From Pseudomonadota bacterium (GTDB lineage Bacteria > UBA10199 > 2-02-FULL-44-16 > JAAZCA01), in the NCBI GenBank assembly GCA_043798915.1, contig JAZDOG010000081.1:1-15540 (forward strand): a DNA stretch of 15,540 nucleotides, given 5' to 3'. The notes under the pieces are model-generated. The model saw nothing but the letters and a program-made list of their open reading frames with translations, was not told where the DNA came from and searched no databases. A program made the translations under genes and the position numbers. Positions 15,301 through 15,540 of the stretch are shown here, in pieces. How positions within the stretch are numbered: position 1 is the first letter of the stretch; each line of letters opens with the position of its first letter.

Positions 15301-15540
15301 TTTCGAACTTTTGGCCCGGCCTGAAACGAGAAGCCCGCGGATCTCATCTGCAAGGGCCTTGCGCCCCTGCGCGAAAAACTCCTCCTTCTTCCGCACAAAA
15401 TCAGACTCGGCACCCTGCATGACCGAGGCGCTGTGGAGGTCGGAGATCTGTCCGATGAGAGAAAGGGTCGCCAGCTCCGAGGCCATCTTCTCAAAGGCCT
15501 GCTGGAGCTTAGGCGTCTGGCCGAGTTTCTGTTCCACAAA
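12370..15540 (-). CDS. Very large hypothetical protein (>1055 aa, 5' end outside window), mostly alpha-helical, with central hydrophobic Ala/Gly-rich segments and a basic disordered tail
   Basis: The frame is open for more than 3.1 kb up to the window edge (15538-15540 reads TTT in frame) and the composition is protein-like. No family recognised. Confidence 0.85.
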   Translation of the reverse strand, partial: FVEQKLGQTPKLQQAFEKMASELATLSLIGQISDLHSASVMQGAESDFVRKKEEFFAQGRKALADEIRGLLVSGRAKSSKEAIDIIEKKAVELARRQKEEKAGRSSAAAFLNWMTGNRAGDAEVLGERFERGFSERGSAEYYSDLVVAANDELFSRMRRVADETNPARRAGILFATAQWMRGPSVRSYEAAGLIFSALLKSKGIDSEMAREVEAQRASLEGQGWHIKDSTRDLLLDVGFESTLSIIVCGAIAGAAAAASGAILRMASTALKARRYIIAGEVLANPALHQAVAFVVNAQAFTSTQFGWHKLRGQHTGSYMEESVKDILMFAAIPAGKALFEAGFAKTIRAKAEWRGFLNALKRNPEALKAFEGDSLAIFKRPAAQLSEAQRCYLIMHGGERAGYKLADLSAEAVVFMGLQSWEAAVGLSEGRPEDAWSLQNFLLNMKTLGVLKVGQKIGHAVAGHVAGKVRSHVEHARAERALNAARIAADDIVRGTPAEGTAGHEQLVDMLAGVAAFLQPGGVRNIIDTVVRGLQRLPGAQEGSLTPFGKDPLKIFRAPDGKGAGGSAAPFAAGQDNGRLSPQMRALQQKVGFTSGLLREVKAMSDEGDVVARLQSLWDREIDRVFGPEAARAFEKYKARSHLPESSSGDAPAFLISHNLRMLADSSFYLDMVHGEILAVVEQAAELAFGLDGPTNLNTFIGHISADEFDLRSRAMSTSGAQIRSLRSAVADVLAKLRADDAPLREAISRLSAGISNDFSRTIRMIDNSRYVARSLGGSAGEEVGALLYILRPSQYRDIKYFLEHTYGREGVQTLYKVARFRSFTTPWELSEGAETILKHPELVTDELRRAFVWRFMYVLGRIQNTADEFAADTFEGMQAYFSALDRLQQTLVIGDDIILKFARRVGIGFLSDFLNKDMQNQFGKLKGLWDLLNEEGRREIVAVLKGRMLSVHEKMGIALDADATAKVKALPLWKVLEELGLAQEIEPILSAAPLFKRLKELVVAAKDGKRPAKRHHPEKSGTTARPGGKTPGKQVKSKGRKGGPGSAPAGSAPPR

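Noticed and set aside
1..15540. CRISPR arrays, tRNA/rRNA genes, IS elements, tandem repeats
   Set aside because: No regularly spaced repeats, RNA-gene signatures or transposase/integrase motifs were seen by eye, and nearly all the sequence is accounted for by coding genes.

Overview
GC-rich bacterial DNA in which every credible gene lies on the minus strand. Most of the window (12184 down to 1, running off the left edge) is one tightly packed Tad/Flp (type IVc) pilus operon: flp, tadE-like, tadG-like, a second tadE-like, cpaB, cpaC/rcpA secretin with two BON-like domains, a CpaF/TadA ATPase fused to a degenerate MinD/CpaE-like N-terminal domain, tadB, an unknown exported protein, and tadC. 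Five accessory genes follow: a TM+PAS-like protein, a small membrane/TPR-like protein, a degenerate-FHA-like/TM/TPR-like protein, an exported PsbP-like/TPR protein, and a DUF192 protein that the ORF track missed. Upstream of flp is a near-complete sigma-54 enhancer-dependent promoter: a -24/-12 box, an IHF-like site and two tandem TGCA-N9-TGCA sites. Further upstream is the 3' part (>1055 aa) of a very large unknown helical protein with a hydrophobic central region and a lower-GC C-terminal region. No prepilin peptidase, RNA gene, CRISPR array or mobile element is visible. The architecture is reminiscent of Tad systems in predatory delta-proteobacteria-like lineages, which is inference only. 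All domain calls come from reading motifs by eye, not from database searches.
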